A DNA stretch of 64,000 nucleotides from a virus (taxonomy: Duplodnaviria; Heunggongvirae; Uroviricota; Caudoviricetes). Below the pieces are notes generated by a model. It did no database searches and was not told the origin of the DNA. It saw only the letters and a list, made by a program, of their open reading frames with translations. The stretch lies in IMG/VR virus record IMGVR_UViG_3300037453_000152; one strand, written 5' to 3'. Shown here piece after piece: positions 31,350-41,530 of this stretch; positions within the stretch are counted from its first letter, which is position 1, and each line of letters begins with the position of its first letter. A program made the translations under genes and the position numbers.

Positions 31350-31694
31350 ATGTCATTAAAACAAGATTTTATTAGTTATGTTGAGAGCAATTTTGAAAAG
31401 AATCCAATGCCCGATAATTTAACTGAGTATTGGGAAAAATTTAAAGGTAATACCAGTAATGAGGATAAGCCCTTATTTACTGAAAACGGTAAGAAGATTT
31501 TAGCCTTCTTACAGGAAAATGCCGATCATGAAACTTGGAAATCAAAGGATATCGCCGATGGAATGTTCATCTCCTCGCGCACAGTGTCCGGCGCAATCCG
31601 CAAGTTAGTTAGTGATGGGTATGTAGAGAAAGTTGGACAAGATCCGGTTATTTATTGTATTACTGAACTAGGAAAAACTATTGATTTAAATTAA
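31350..31694 (+). CDS. winged-helix DNA-binding protein
   Basis: SSRTVSGAIRKLVSDGYVEKV HTH-like segment. Confidence 0.5.
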   Translation: MSLKQDFISYVESNFEKNPMPDNLTEYWEKFKGNTSNEDKPLFTENGKKILAFLQENADHETWKSKDIADGMFISSRTVSGAIRKLVSDGYVEKVGQDPVIYCITELGKTIDLN

Positions 31695-31707
31695 AGGAGA
31701 AAAAATA

Positions 31708-32667
31708 ATGCGTAAGACAATTAATTAGACTCATGTAGAAGGTTATATTTACGAACACAAACTGGAATCTCGTGTAACTGGAGAAAATTCCAAGAACCCT
31801 GGCACCCCATTTATTATGGGCAATCTTGACATTGCAACTGATAATGCAATGACAAATATCGTATCTATCCATTTCACTTATGTAACTCCTACTACCTCTA
31901 AGGGTAGCGCAAACAGCACTTATACCATTCTCAATGATATTGTTAATGGCAAATATAAGACCGTAATGGCAAATGGCAAGGAAAATGCGGCTAAGGTTCG
32001 TATTGACTCTGCTATTGGACTAAATGAGTTCTATTCTAGCCGCAACGGAGCTGAAGAACTGGTTTCTGCAAAGCGCAATGAGGGCGGTTTTATTCATATT
32101 GTTGATATGCTGAATGAGAACGAGAATGAGCGCAATACTTTTAAGGTTGATATGGTTATCACCAGCGTCAATCGCACAGAGGCCAATCCTGATACCAATA
32201 CCGAGGAAAAAGTAACAGTTCATGGTTGTGTCTTTGATTTTAGAAATGCTATTCTTCCTGTTGATTTTATCGCAACAAACCCAGGAGCGATGGATTATTA
32301 TGAGAGCCTGGATGCTTCTCCAAAGCACCCCGTATTCACTAGACTTTGGGGCAGACAGATTTCTCAAACTGTTATCAAGACTTATACCGAAGAGTCTGCT
32401 TGGGGCGAGGATAGCGTAAGAACTGTAACCTCTTCTCGCAAGGAATGGCTTATCACTGGTGGAGCCAAGGAAACATATTCCTATGGTAGCGAAGCCAATG
32501 ACAGCCCAGAAGATTTTGACTTGACTGCAAAGGAACTTGTAAAGGCTATGAGCGACAGAGAGACTTATCTTGCTACGGTAAAGAGCCGTCAAGAAGAGTA
32601 TCAGGCATCCAGAAACACTCCTGCTCCCGCAGCCGCCGCAAGCGATAATACTGGATTCAATTTCTAA
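31708..32667 (+). CDS. putative ssDNA-binding / annealing protein (1 in-frame TAG near the N-terminus)
   Basis: RBS AAAGGAG then ATG at 31708. TAG at 31729. Ends ...DNTGFNF. Lies next to a Sak4-like ATPase. Confidence 0.4.
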
Positions 32668-32687
32668 TAATATGAGGAAGATGCGAT

Positions 32688-33665
32688 ATGGCAATTGATT
32701 TGTTAGCAATTGAGCCGAATAAAGTTTCTAGGGATTTAAGTGGATATATTACTTATATTTTTGGAGCCGCCAAGGTTGGTAAAACAACCTTGTGCTCCAA
32801 ATTCCCTGGCGCTCTAATTCTGGCTTTTGAAAAAGGATATAATACACTGCCTGGCGTTATGGTTCAAGATATTACTCGCTGGAGTGAGTTCAAGGAAGTA
32901 ATTAGAGAACTTAAAAAGCCAGAAGTAAAGACAGTTTTTAAGAGCATTATTATTGATACAATTGATGTTGCCGGTTCACTTTGTGAAAAATATATCTGCA
33001 ATCAACTTGGTATTGATAATATTGGCGATGGTGGATGGTCTAACAATGGCTGGGCCAAGTATAAGAAAGAGTTGGAAGATTGCTTTAGAACAATTACCCA
33101 ACTTGGTTATGCGCTCGTGTTTATTTCTCATGACAAGGATAAGACATTTAAGCGCAAGGACGGCTCAGAGTATAACCAAACTGTGCCTACGGCACAGACT
33201 TCTCTCAACAATATCGCAAAGGATATGGCAGATATTTATGCATATGCCAGATTAGACGATGTTACTGGCGAGCGCACACTTGTTATGCGCTCTTTGGATA
33301 ATAGTGTTGAGTGCGGCTGCCGCTTCAAATATATGAAGCCTGAAATTCCTCTCGGATATGATGAACTGGTTAAGGCTTTAAATGAAGCAATTGACAAAGA
33401 AGCCAAAGAAAATGACAATAAGTATGTAACAGACGAAAGAACAAGCGTTAAGGAAACAACTGAATACGACTATGATGCATTGATGGAAGAGTTCCAAAAT
33501 ATTATTCAGCCGTTGATGCAGAAAGATCCACAAAACAATGGACCAAAGATTGTTTCAATTGTTGAAAAATATCTCGGCAAGGGAAAGAAGATTGCCGATA
33601 CAACTAGAGACCAAGCAGATTTTGTCTATCTGATTGTTACAGAGTTAAAAGATACTCTAAAATAA
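32688..33665 (+). CDS. Sak4-like RecA-fold ATPase (AAA_24)
   Basis: Walker A GAAKVGKTT. 325 aa. TAG-free. Confidence 0.6.
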   Translation: MAIDLLAIEPNKVSRDLSGYITYIFGAAKVGKTTLCSKFPGALILAFEKGYNTLPGVMVQDITRWSEFKEVIRELKKPEVKTVFKSIIIDTIDVAGSLCEKYICNQLGIDNIGDGGWSNNGWAKYKKELEDCFRTITQLGYALVFISHDKDKTFKRKDGSEYNQTVPTAQTSLNNIAKDMADIYAYARLDDVTGERTLVMRSLDNSVECGCRFKYMKPEIPLGYDELVKALNEAIDKEAKENDNKYVTDERTSVKETTEYDYDALMEEFQNIIQPLMQKDPQNNGPKIVSIVEKYLGKGKKIADTTRDQADFVYLIVTELKDTLK

Positions 33666-33666
33666 A

Positions 33667-33699
33667 AAGACAAGTTTAACTTGTCTTTTTATTTTTAAA
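33667..33699 (+). terminator. rho-independent terminator
   Basis: AAGACAAGTT / AACTTGTCTT hairpin plus a T-run. Confidence 0.6.
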
Positions 33700-33711
33700 G
33701 GATGATATAAT

Positions 33712-34233
33712 ATGGCAAAACATATTGTAAAATGTTTTTATTGTAACGAGAAGTTTGATGCAAATAAAGAAGATTTTGTAATGATAAATGCTCGGCGCTA
33801 CGCTCATAAGGCCTGCGCCGAGCAGGCGCAAAAAAATAAAAGCGAAGAAGAAATTGAAAAAGAAAAGTTAGAGCAATATATAAAATATTTGTTCAACATA
33901 GATAAATTAACTGTTAAAATTTAGAAGCAAATTGAACAATACGTTAAAGAAAATCATTATACATATTCTGGAATAAGACGAAGTTTAACTTATTTTTATG
34001 AAGTAAAAAATAATTCAATAGATAAGGCTAATGGCGGCATTGGCATTGTTCCTTGGATTTACAACACAGCAAGACAATATTACTATGATTTGTGGGTGGC
34101 ACAGCAAAAAAACGCTGATAAAGAATTAGTTGATTATAAGCCTAATGAAATTGTAATTCAAATTTCTCCACCCGAGCGCAAGATGAAAAAGAAGAAATTC
34201 TTTAGTTTTTTAGATAGGGAGGTTGAAAAATGA
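33712..34233 (+). CDS. hypothetical protein with N-terminal Cys/His motif (1 in-frame TAG)
   Basis: ORF 33712..33924 extends through TAG to TGA, overlapping the dnaB-like start as ATGA. Confidence 0.45.
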
Positions 34234-35759
34234 GTTCTAAATATGTTGATACAACTGCGATTATGCAGGTTATTGGAACTGTATTTAATAACCCTTCCCT
34301 TTTGGATGAAACAGATAAATATACAATAACAGACGATGATTTTCCAGACCAGTTTCACAAGATTGTATTTGGTTCAATTTTTAAATTACACGAATTAGGC
34401 GTTCAAAAAATTTCTTTAATAAACATTAATGACTTTTTATCAACTCGCCCAAAAAGTGAAGCGGTTTATAAGACCCAAAAAGGCGACGAATGGCTATTGA
34501 AGATAGCTGAAGCAGCGACAGAAGAGACCTTTAATTACTATTATAACAGATTAAAAAAGTTCTCTTTGCTTAGAGCATATGACAATTTTGGAATTGATGT
34601 AACAGATATTTACGACCCTGATAATATCTTGGATTTAAAAAAGAAACAAATCCAAGAGGATTCATTAGATAATTCATCATTAAATCAATTAGCCGATTTA
34701 ATAGATAATAAGATTGACGCTATTCGTATAAAATATGTTGATGAATGCTACGATGAATCAGAGCAGGCCGGAGACGGTATTTTTGACTTAATTGAAAGTT
34801 TTAAATTTCGTCCAGAAGTAGGTGTGCCATTATATGGCCCATTTGTGAATACTGTTACTCGCGGAGCGAGATTAAAGAAATTCTACTTGCGCTCGGCCGC
34901 TACTGGCGTCGGCAAGACGCGTTCAATGATTGCGGATGCCTGTTATATCGGCTGCTCTAAAATATATGATGAATTTTTAGGTTGGATAAAAACAGGCGCG
35001 GCGCAGCCGACATTATTTATTACAACCGAACAAGAAAAATCTGAAATTCAAACAATGATGTTGGCATTTCTTTCTAATGTTAATGAGGAGCATATCATTA
35101 ATGGTAAATATGAAGGAAATGAAGAAGAAAGAGTAATGGAAGCGGCAAGACTGTTATCAGAAAGTCCATTATTTATTGATGAACTGCCAGATTTTTCCTT
35201 GCAAGACGTGGAAAATCACATTAAAAAGAATATCCGTGAGCATGATATTAAATATGTATTCCATGATTATATTATGACTTCTATGAAAATTCTTGAAGAA
35301 GTCACTCGCCGCAGTGGTGGCGTGAGATTGAGAGAAGATAATATTCTCTTTATGCTATCCAATAGATTAAAGGATTTGTGTAATCAATATGGAATATTTA
35401 TTATGTCTGCTACACAGTTAAACGCAGACTATCAAGACGCGGAAACCCCCGACCAAAATCTTCTTCGCGGGGCAAAAAGTATTGCTGATAAGATTGACTA
35501 TGGCAGTTTGCTTCTGTTGGCAAGGGATAGAGATATTCAAGCCCTTGAACCAATCCTGTCAAAATCAACATTCCCAAAGCCTATGATAAAAATGTCTATT
35601 TATAAAAATAGACGAGGCCGCTACAAAGGTATTTATCTCTGGTGCAAGGCAGATTTAGGCACCTGCCGCATTGAGCCTATGTTTGCTACTGGATGGGATT
35701 ATGAGTTAATCCAAATGGACGATATAAAAATTAAATTAGTTGAAGAAAGTGCTTTTTAA
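34230..35759 (+). CDS. dnaB: DnaB-like replicative helicase
   Basis: Walker A AATGVGKT in a RecA-like C-terminal domain. 509 aa. TAG-free. Confidence 0.75.
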   Translation: MSSKYVDTTAIMQVIGTVFNNPSLLDETDKYTITDDDFPDQFHKIVFGSIFKLHELGVQKISLININDFLSTRPKSEAVYKTQKGDEWLLKIAEAATEETFNYYYNRLKKFSLLRAYDNFGIDVTDIYDPDNILDLKKKQIQEDSLDNSSLNQLADLIDNKIDAIRIKYVDECYDESEQAGDGIFDLIESFKFRPEVGVPLYGPFVNTVTRGARLKKFYLRSAATGVGKTRSMIADACYIGCSKIYDEFLGWIKTGAAQPTLFITTEQEKSEIQTMMLAFLSNVNEEHIINGKYEGNEEERVMEAARLLSESPLFIDELPDFSLQDVENHIKKNIREHDIKYVFHDYIMTSMKILEEVTRRSGGVRLREDNILFMLSNRLKDLCNQYGIFIMSATQLNADYQDAETPDQNLLRGAKSIADKIDYGSLLLLARDRDIQALEPILSKSTFPKPMIKMSIYKNRRGRYKGIYLWCKADLGTCRIEPMFATGWDYELIQMDDIKIKLVEESAF

Positions 35760-35771
35760 AGGAGACAAATG

Positions 35772-35943
35772 AATGGAAAAAGTAGGTAGCGTTGAATATA
35801 TTATGCCAAAGAGCTTTGCTAATGAACTACTTAAATCTCGTAAAAATTCTGAAAAAAATATTAATCCGCAGGATTTCTTAATTCAATATGTTAATGATGA
35901 ATGTGGATTATTATATAAATGCACAAAGGTAACTATTTCATAA
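35772..35943 (+). CDS. small hypothetical protein
   Basis: 57-aa ORF with a TAA immediately followed by the primase ATG. Confidence 0.35.
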
Positions 35944-37050
35944 ATGTTAGTATTTGATAAACAAGAAATCCGAGAGAGTTTATCAATTTATAATATATAG
36001 GAATTGTTAGAAGATTGGGGCGGTGAGCCTGAGCGATGCCCAACTGGGCTCATTGCCCGCACAATCTGCCATAATGGCATTAATGAAGATGCTTCGCGCA
36101 AACTTTATTATTATGAAAATACAGGATTGTTTAGATGTTATACGGGTTGTGATGAACCAGTATTTGATATATTTCAACTTTGTATTAAAGTAATGGGTTT
36201 ACAGCATCATTTACAATATGATTTAAATGATGCTGTAAGATGGATAGCGTAGCATTTTGGTTTTGCAGGCAGAGAAGAAAATAGTCCTTCGTCCGATGGA
36301 TTAGAAGATTGGAAAATTTTGGCAAACTATTCTCGGATAAAAGATATACAAGTATCTGCTCCTAATATTGTATTAGAAGAATATGATGATACTATTTTAA
36401 ATAATTTCAATTATGACGTAAAAATTACGCCTTGGTTAAATGAGGGTATTTCATAGCAAGTATTGGAACACGCAGAAATTGGATTTTATCCAGGGGGCGA
36501 TTAGATTACCATACCCCATTTTGATAAAAATGGCAGATTTATTGGTTTGCGCGGGCGCACAGTAGTTGCGGAAGACGCAGAAAGATATGGTAAATATAGA
36601 CCAATTAAAGTAAATGGAATTTTATATAATCATCCTCTTGGATTAAATTTATATAATTTTAATAATTCAAGATGTATCATTCCAAAAGTAAGAAAAGCAA
36701 TAGTATTTGAGGGCGAAAAAAGTGCGCTTTTATACCAAACATATTTTGGATTTGAAAGTGATATATCTGTAGCCTGCTGCGGCAGCAGCATATCTTCATA
36801 TTAGATATAGTTATTAATTGATGCTGGAGCGCAAGAAATAATAATTGCGTTTGATAGATAGTTTCAGTATATTGGCGATGATGAATATCGCCACTTGATT
36901 AGTAATCTTAAAAAGATATAGGCTAAATATAAGAACTATGTTCAAATATCTTATATTTTAGACAAAAATAAAATAACGGATTATAAATCATCACCTATTG
37001 ACCACGGTAAAGATAAATTTTTACAATTATTCAAAGAACGTATGTAGTAA
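35944..37050 (+). CDS. dnaG: DnaG-like primase with CHC2 zinc finger and Toprim (9 in-frame TAG)
   Basis: CPTGLIARTICHNG...CYTGCDE and Toprim IVFEGEKSALL. ORFs 36004..36252 and 36547..36804 are in the same frame with no TAA/TGA until 37048. Confidence 0.65.
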
Positions 37051-37135
37051 GGTGTGAGGTCAATAGTGATTAATTTATATATTAAAATTTTTAAATAGTT
37101 TGATGGTGATTTAATGAAAGGAGGTTGAGTATTCT

Positions 37136-38920
37136 ATGGAATATCAACTTTTAACACCTAGCATCCCGGCAATTGAGGATTTTACGCCGGTTGAACAGGT
37201 GTTTATGACTCGGGGTATGCACCCGAAAGACATTAATCACTATCTTAACACTACGATAGAGGACATTCTTGATCCAGCACTATTGGATAATATTGATGAT
37301 GGGGCAAAAATGTTAATCAAGCATCTGGCTCTTGGAGATAAAATCTTCGTATAGGTAGATCCTGATGTAGATGGATTTACTGCCGCAGCCACATTATTAA
37401 ATTATCTTAATTGTCTATTCCCAGGCACAGTGCAATAGAATATCATCTATCGTGTCCAAGAAGGCAAATAGCACGGTATTATCTTGGATACAATCCCAGC
37501 AGATGCAAAACTAGTAATTATACCAGATGCTGGCAGCAATCAATATGACGAACACAAAGCGCTCTACGAGCGCGGAGTTGATGTTCTCGTATTGGACCAT
37601 CACGAGGCAGAACAAGTATCGGAATATGCTTGTGTGATTAACAATCAATTAAGCAATTATCCAAACAAATCATTGTCTGGCGTAGGCGTGGTTTATAAAT
37701 TTTGTCAATATTTAGACAAATTATTAAACAAATCCTACGCAGATGATTTACTAGATCTTGTGGCTATTGGAATTATATCAGATATGATGGACATTAAGAA
37801 CTTTGAAACAAAGGAAATAATTGATCTTGGATTAACACATTTTAAGAATGAATTTTTAAAAGCCTTCGCGGAATCGTAGAAATATTATTTAAATGATGGA
37901 GTAACACCGTTTAAAGTATCTTTCTACATTGCCCCTTACATCAATGCGACTGTTCGTGTTGGTAGTTTAGAGGAAAAAATACTCTTGTTTGAAGCAATGC
38001 TAGACTTTAAAGCCCTTGAATATATACCATCGACCAAGAGAGGGTGTAAAGGAAAAGGAATCTTTGAAACAAGAGTAGATCAGGCCTGTAGAAATTGCAA
38101 AAATATCAAAAATAGACAAGCCAAAGCAAGGGATACAAGCCTAAAAATGATTGAGGACATCATTATAAGGGATAATTTAATAGTGAACCCTGTTTTAATC
38201 ATTTAGTTAGATGATCCAGTAGACGAGAATATTACTGGACTAATTGCTAATGAAATTATGGACGCATATTAGCGACCTGTTTTGTTATTAAATAGGTATA
38301 TTGAAGTTGATGAAGAAACAGGTGAAATCACAAAATTAGCGTGGCGCGGTTCTGGAAGAAATTCCCAGTATTCAAGACTTTAGAATTTGCGTGAATTTTT
38401 TGCAAATTGTGGTTATGTGGAATACGCACAAGGTCACGCTTCTGCATTTGGTATCTCTATTTTAGAAGAGAAATTAGATGCATTTAAAAAATATGTTTAT
38501 AATCAATTAAAGGACTTTGATTTTTCCAAATGTTATTATGTTGATTTTATTTGGAGCACCGCTGATGCGGAGCAAAACAAAGATACCATTTTAAAATTAG
38601 GTGAGTTAAATAGCATCTGGGGCCAAGGCCTCGCGCGTCCGCGCGTAGCATTGGAACACATTGTCGTCACCGCAGAAAATCTGCGCTTAATGGGTGAAGA
38701 TAAAAACAAACCCACCTTAAAAATATCCTTATCAAATGACGTGTCCTTAATTAAATTTAGGTCGAGTCATGAAGAGTATGAAAAATTATACTCTGAAAAA
38801 GGTTGTGTAATTATTGATATCGTTGGCACTTGTAATAATAATGTGTGGAACGGTATAATTAGTCCTCAAATTGAAATTGAAGATTATGAAATTGTAAGTA
38901 AGTCTGCCTATTACTTTTAA
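37136..38920 (+). CDS. recJ: RecJ-like DHH-family ssDNA exonuclease (7 in-frame TAG)
   Basis: DPDVDG and LVLDHHE motifs. Four track ORFs (37136, 37484, 37985, 38387) share one frame with no TAA/TGA. Confidence 0.65.
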
Positions 38921-38967
38921 TTTCACACAACTTTCGGCCTAATTGAAGAAATTAGGAGGAAAGTCTT

Positions 38968-39711
38968 ATGAAAAAGAAAATATTAGTAGTGCTTTTAACA
39001 GTTCTTATTATTGTTGGATGCACAAACATGGCTTATGCAAGTTCTCCATTTGTTGAGACAGAGGGATTATCAATTGACGAGTTCTTTGAGGGGAACCATG
39101 CTGAATTAATTGCGCGACAGGCTGCGGCGCACGAAAGAGCCGAGGCGGCTCGCGCAATGGGTTATCCAGAAGATTGTTGTATAATCAAATGCGCTCAACG
39201 TGAATGGCAAATGGCTCAAAAAGAAAGAGAATTATTAAATACCGAAGACAACTATAACACTTGGGCTATGAGATTCGCAGAATATCCATACGCAACATAT
39301 GTATGGTTATACTTAACGAGAACACTTGAATATAACGATTATGTTGCGGCTGGTATAATTGGTAATATGATGGCTGAAGTCGGTGGTGGCACATTATCAT
39401 TACAATATTGGCTTTATGGAGGCGGACGCAGTTATTATGGTATTTGTCAGTGGGCAAAAATTTATTCCACTTTACCAGATGGCTCTGATTTAAGAGTTCA
39501 ATTAGAGTATTTAAAAGATACAATTGAATACGAATTAAACACATTTGGCTTTGTTTTTGCTTATGGATATAAATATAAGCAATTTTTAGAATTGACAAAT
39601 ACAAATGATACGGCTTTAATGTTCGCTAAATGCTATGAACGCTGCGCTGCTTTTACCTATTATTCAAGACAGGTATATGCGGCAAAGGCTTATGATTACT
39701 TTGTAGATTAA
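38968..39711 (+). CDS. secreted lipoprotein (lipobox IVGC), function unknown
   Basis: Signal peptide MKKKILVVLLTVLIIVGC. Confidence 0.55.
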   Translation: MKKKILVVLLTVLIIVGCTNMAYASSPFVETEGLSIDEFFEGNHAELIARQAAAHERAEAARAMGYPEDCCIIKCAQREWQMAQKERELLNTEDNYNTWAMRFAEYPYATYVWLYLTRTLEYNDYVAAGIIGNMMAEVGGGTLSLQYWLYGGGRSYYGICQWAKIYSTLPDGSDLRVQLEYLKDTIEYELNTFGFVFAYGYKYKQFLELTNTNDTALMFAKCYERCAAFTYYSRQVYAAKAYDYFVD

Positions 39712-39717
39712 TTTACA

Positions 39718-39752
39718 GGGCTATGGGTTACACCATAGCCCCTTTTTTATTT
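39718..39752 (+). terminator. rho-independent terminator
   Basis: GGGCTATGG / CCATAGCCC hairpin plus a T-run. Confidence 0.7.
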
Positions 39753-39765
39753 GGGGGGTTAAAGA

Positions 39766-39939
39766 ATGATAGTTCAAATTATAGATAAAGATACAGGAAA
39801 AATTATTAGTGAATGGGAAGCAGATGAAAGAGATTTTAAACTGAGCGGGCCGGTGACGTTCAGCGCAACCGACAGCACAAACCAAAAATTGGTTTTCAAA
39901 ATTCTAGACCAAAAACTTGACACTGAGGAAAAAATATAA
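39766..39939 (+). CDS. small hypothetical protein
   Basis: RBS GGGGGTTAAAGA. 57 aa. Confidence 0.35.
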   Translation: MIVQIIDKDTGKIISEWEADERDFKLSGPVTFSATDSTNQKLVFKILDQKLDTEEKI

Positions 39940-39945
39940 TATAAT
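39916..39945 (+). promoter_or_regulatory. sigma-A promoter (TTGACA-N18-TATAAT)
   Basis: -35 at 39916-39921 and -10 at 39940-39945. Confidence 0.45.
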
Positions 39946-39978
39946 ATATGTAGAAATAAAAATAGGAGTAATTAATAA

Positions 39979-40317
39979 ATGACAAGAGAATATGCAACTA
40001 AGTGGATAAAAGAACAATGTGATTATGACGCAGCTTTTAAATACAATGTGATGCTATTAGATCAGTATGATTTTAGCGAGTTTTTAACAGATGGTAGAAG
40101 TTTATGGAATCTGCGCGATGCTATTGAAGAGAAATATGACAAAGAGTTTTGGGATAAATATCACATGTACGTCTTTGATAATCTCGACGGCGAAGATACT
40201 TGTCAATATTTCGCAAGCAGATATAATGTATGGTTCCAAGAGTATACAGATTGGGTGGTGAGACATGATAATGGAGCTTACGAAAAAACAAAGCGATGGA
40301 TTAAAGATAGCCCTTGA
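39979..40317 (+). CDS. hypothetical protein
   Basis: Intact ORF. Confidence 0.5.
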   Translation: MTREYATKWIKEQCDYDAAFKYNVMLLDQYDFSEFLTDGRSLWNLRDAIEEKYDKEFWDKYHMYVFDNLDGEDTCQYFASRYNVWFQEYTDWVVRHDNGAYEKTKRWIKDSP

Positions 40318-41476
40318 ACGTTATCGTAATGGCGAGAAATATACAGTTATATCGGGTTACGCAGGAACAGGTAAGTCAACGCTGATAAAATTTATCATAT
40401 CTGCTATGGGATTATATTTAGATTAGGTTCGTTATATAGCATATACTGGAAAAGCAGCAAATGTATTAAAAAATAAGGGTTGCCCTGATGCTACAACAGC
40501 ACATAAATTAATCTATCACGCAAAACTTATGCCCAACGGCAAGTATTTCTTTACTCCAAAAAGACCATCGGAGATGGAGAGAGAAATCAAAGTCGTGGTA
40601 GTAGACGAAGTTTCAATGCTTCCAAAAGATATGTGGAATTTGTTATGTTCTTATCACTTCTATATCCTCGCCTGCGGCGATCCAGAGTAGTTACCTCCCG
40701 TCCCCGATGGTTCTGGCGAAGACCCAAACAATCATGTTCTTGATAACCCGCATATCTTCCTTGACGAAATTATGCGCCAAGCGCAAGAGAGCGAAATCAT
40801 TCGCTTATCAATGCACGTGCGCGAAGGTAAGCCAGTAGCGACGTTCCCAGCGTAGAATGAAGAAGTTATGTTAATCAACCGAAATGATTTAAATACATCT
40901 ATGCTAACATGGGCTGACTAGATTTTGTGCGCAACGAACAGAACAAAGAATAATTTAAATTAGCAATTGCGGCAAGCCTACCAGTTTGCGGCCGAGCCTC
41001 AACTGGGAGACAAGCTAATCAATCTCCATAATGAATGGGACATATGCTCTAATTTGGAGAATCCATTAACCAATGGCATTATTGGTAAGGTCATATAGAT
41101 GGAGAAGCAAGACTGGAAGTATCCCTGGTAGATACGCGGTGAGTAGTTCTCTGTTCCTGTGTTGGTAGCAACAATATCAGGCGACGAAGAAGGAGAGCAG
41201 TTTGATTTTCTACCTTTTGATTATAACGAAATACTCACAGGATAGCCAAGTCTAACAGGTAGAGAAGAGTATACCATTAGAAAAAAATACGAAATGGCAG
41301 TGCCGCTGCACGGCAACTTTGGATACGCTATTACGGTGTGGAAAGCGTAGGGTAGCGAGTGGGATAAAGTTCTACTCTTCCAAGAATCTGGCTGGCCGCG
41401 TCTGCCAGACGAACGCCGCAGATATATGTATACTGGTATAACTCGCGCAGTTGAAAAGTTAGTAGTAGTGGTTTGA
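40265..41476 (+). CDS. Dda/RecD-like SF1B DNA helicase (403 aa, 10 in-frame TAG)
   Basis: Walker A GYAGTGKST, VVVDEVSM, and motif III CGDPE(TAG)LPPV with TAG at 40688-40690. No TAA/TGA until 41474. Confidence 0.7.
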
Positions 41477-41501
41477 TTTATATTAAAAATTATGATATAA
41501 T
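41473..41501 (+). promoter_or_regulatory. sigma-A-type promoter (TTGATT-N17-TATAAT)
   Basis: -35 at 41473-41478 and -10 at 41496-41501. Confidence 0.45.
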
Positions 41502-41530
41502 ATAAGTATGATAAAGATGGAGGTTTGATA

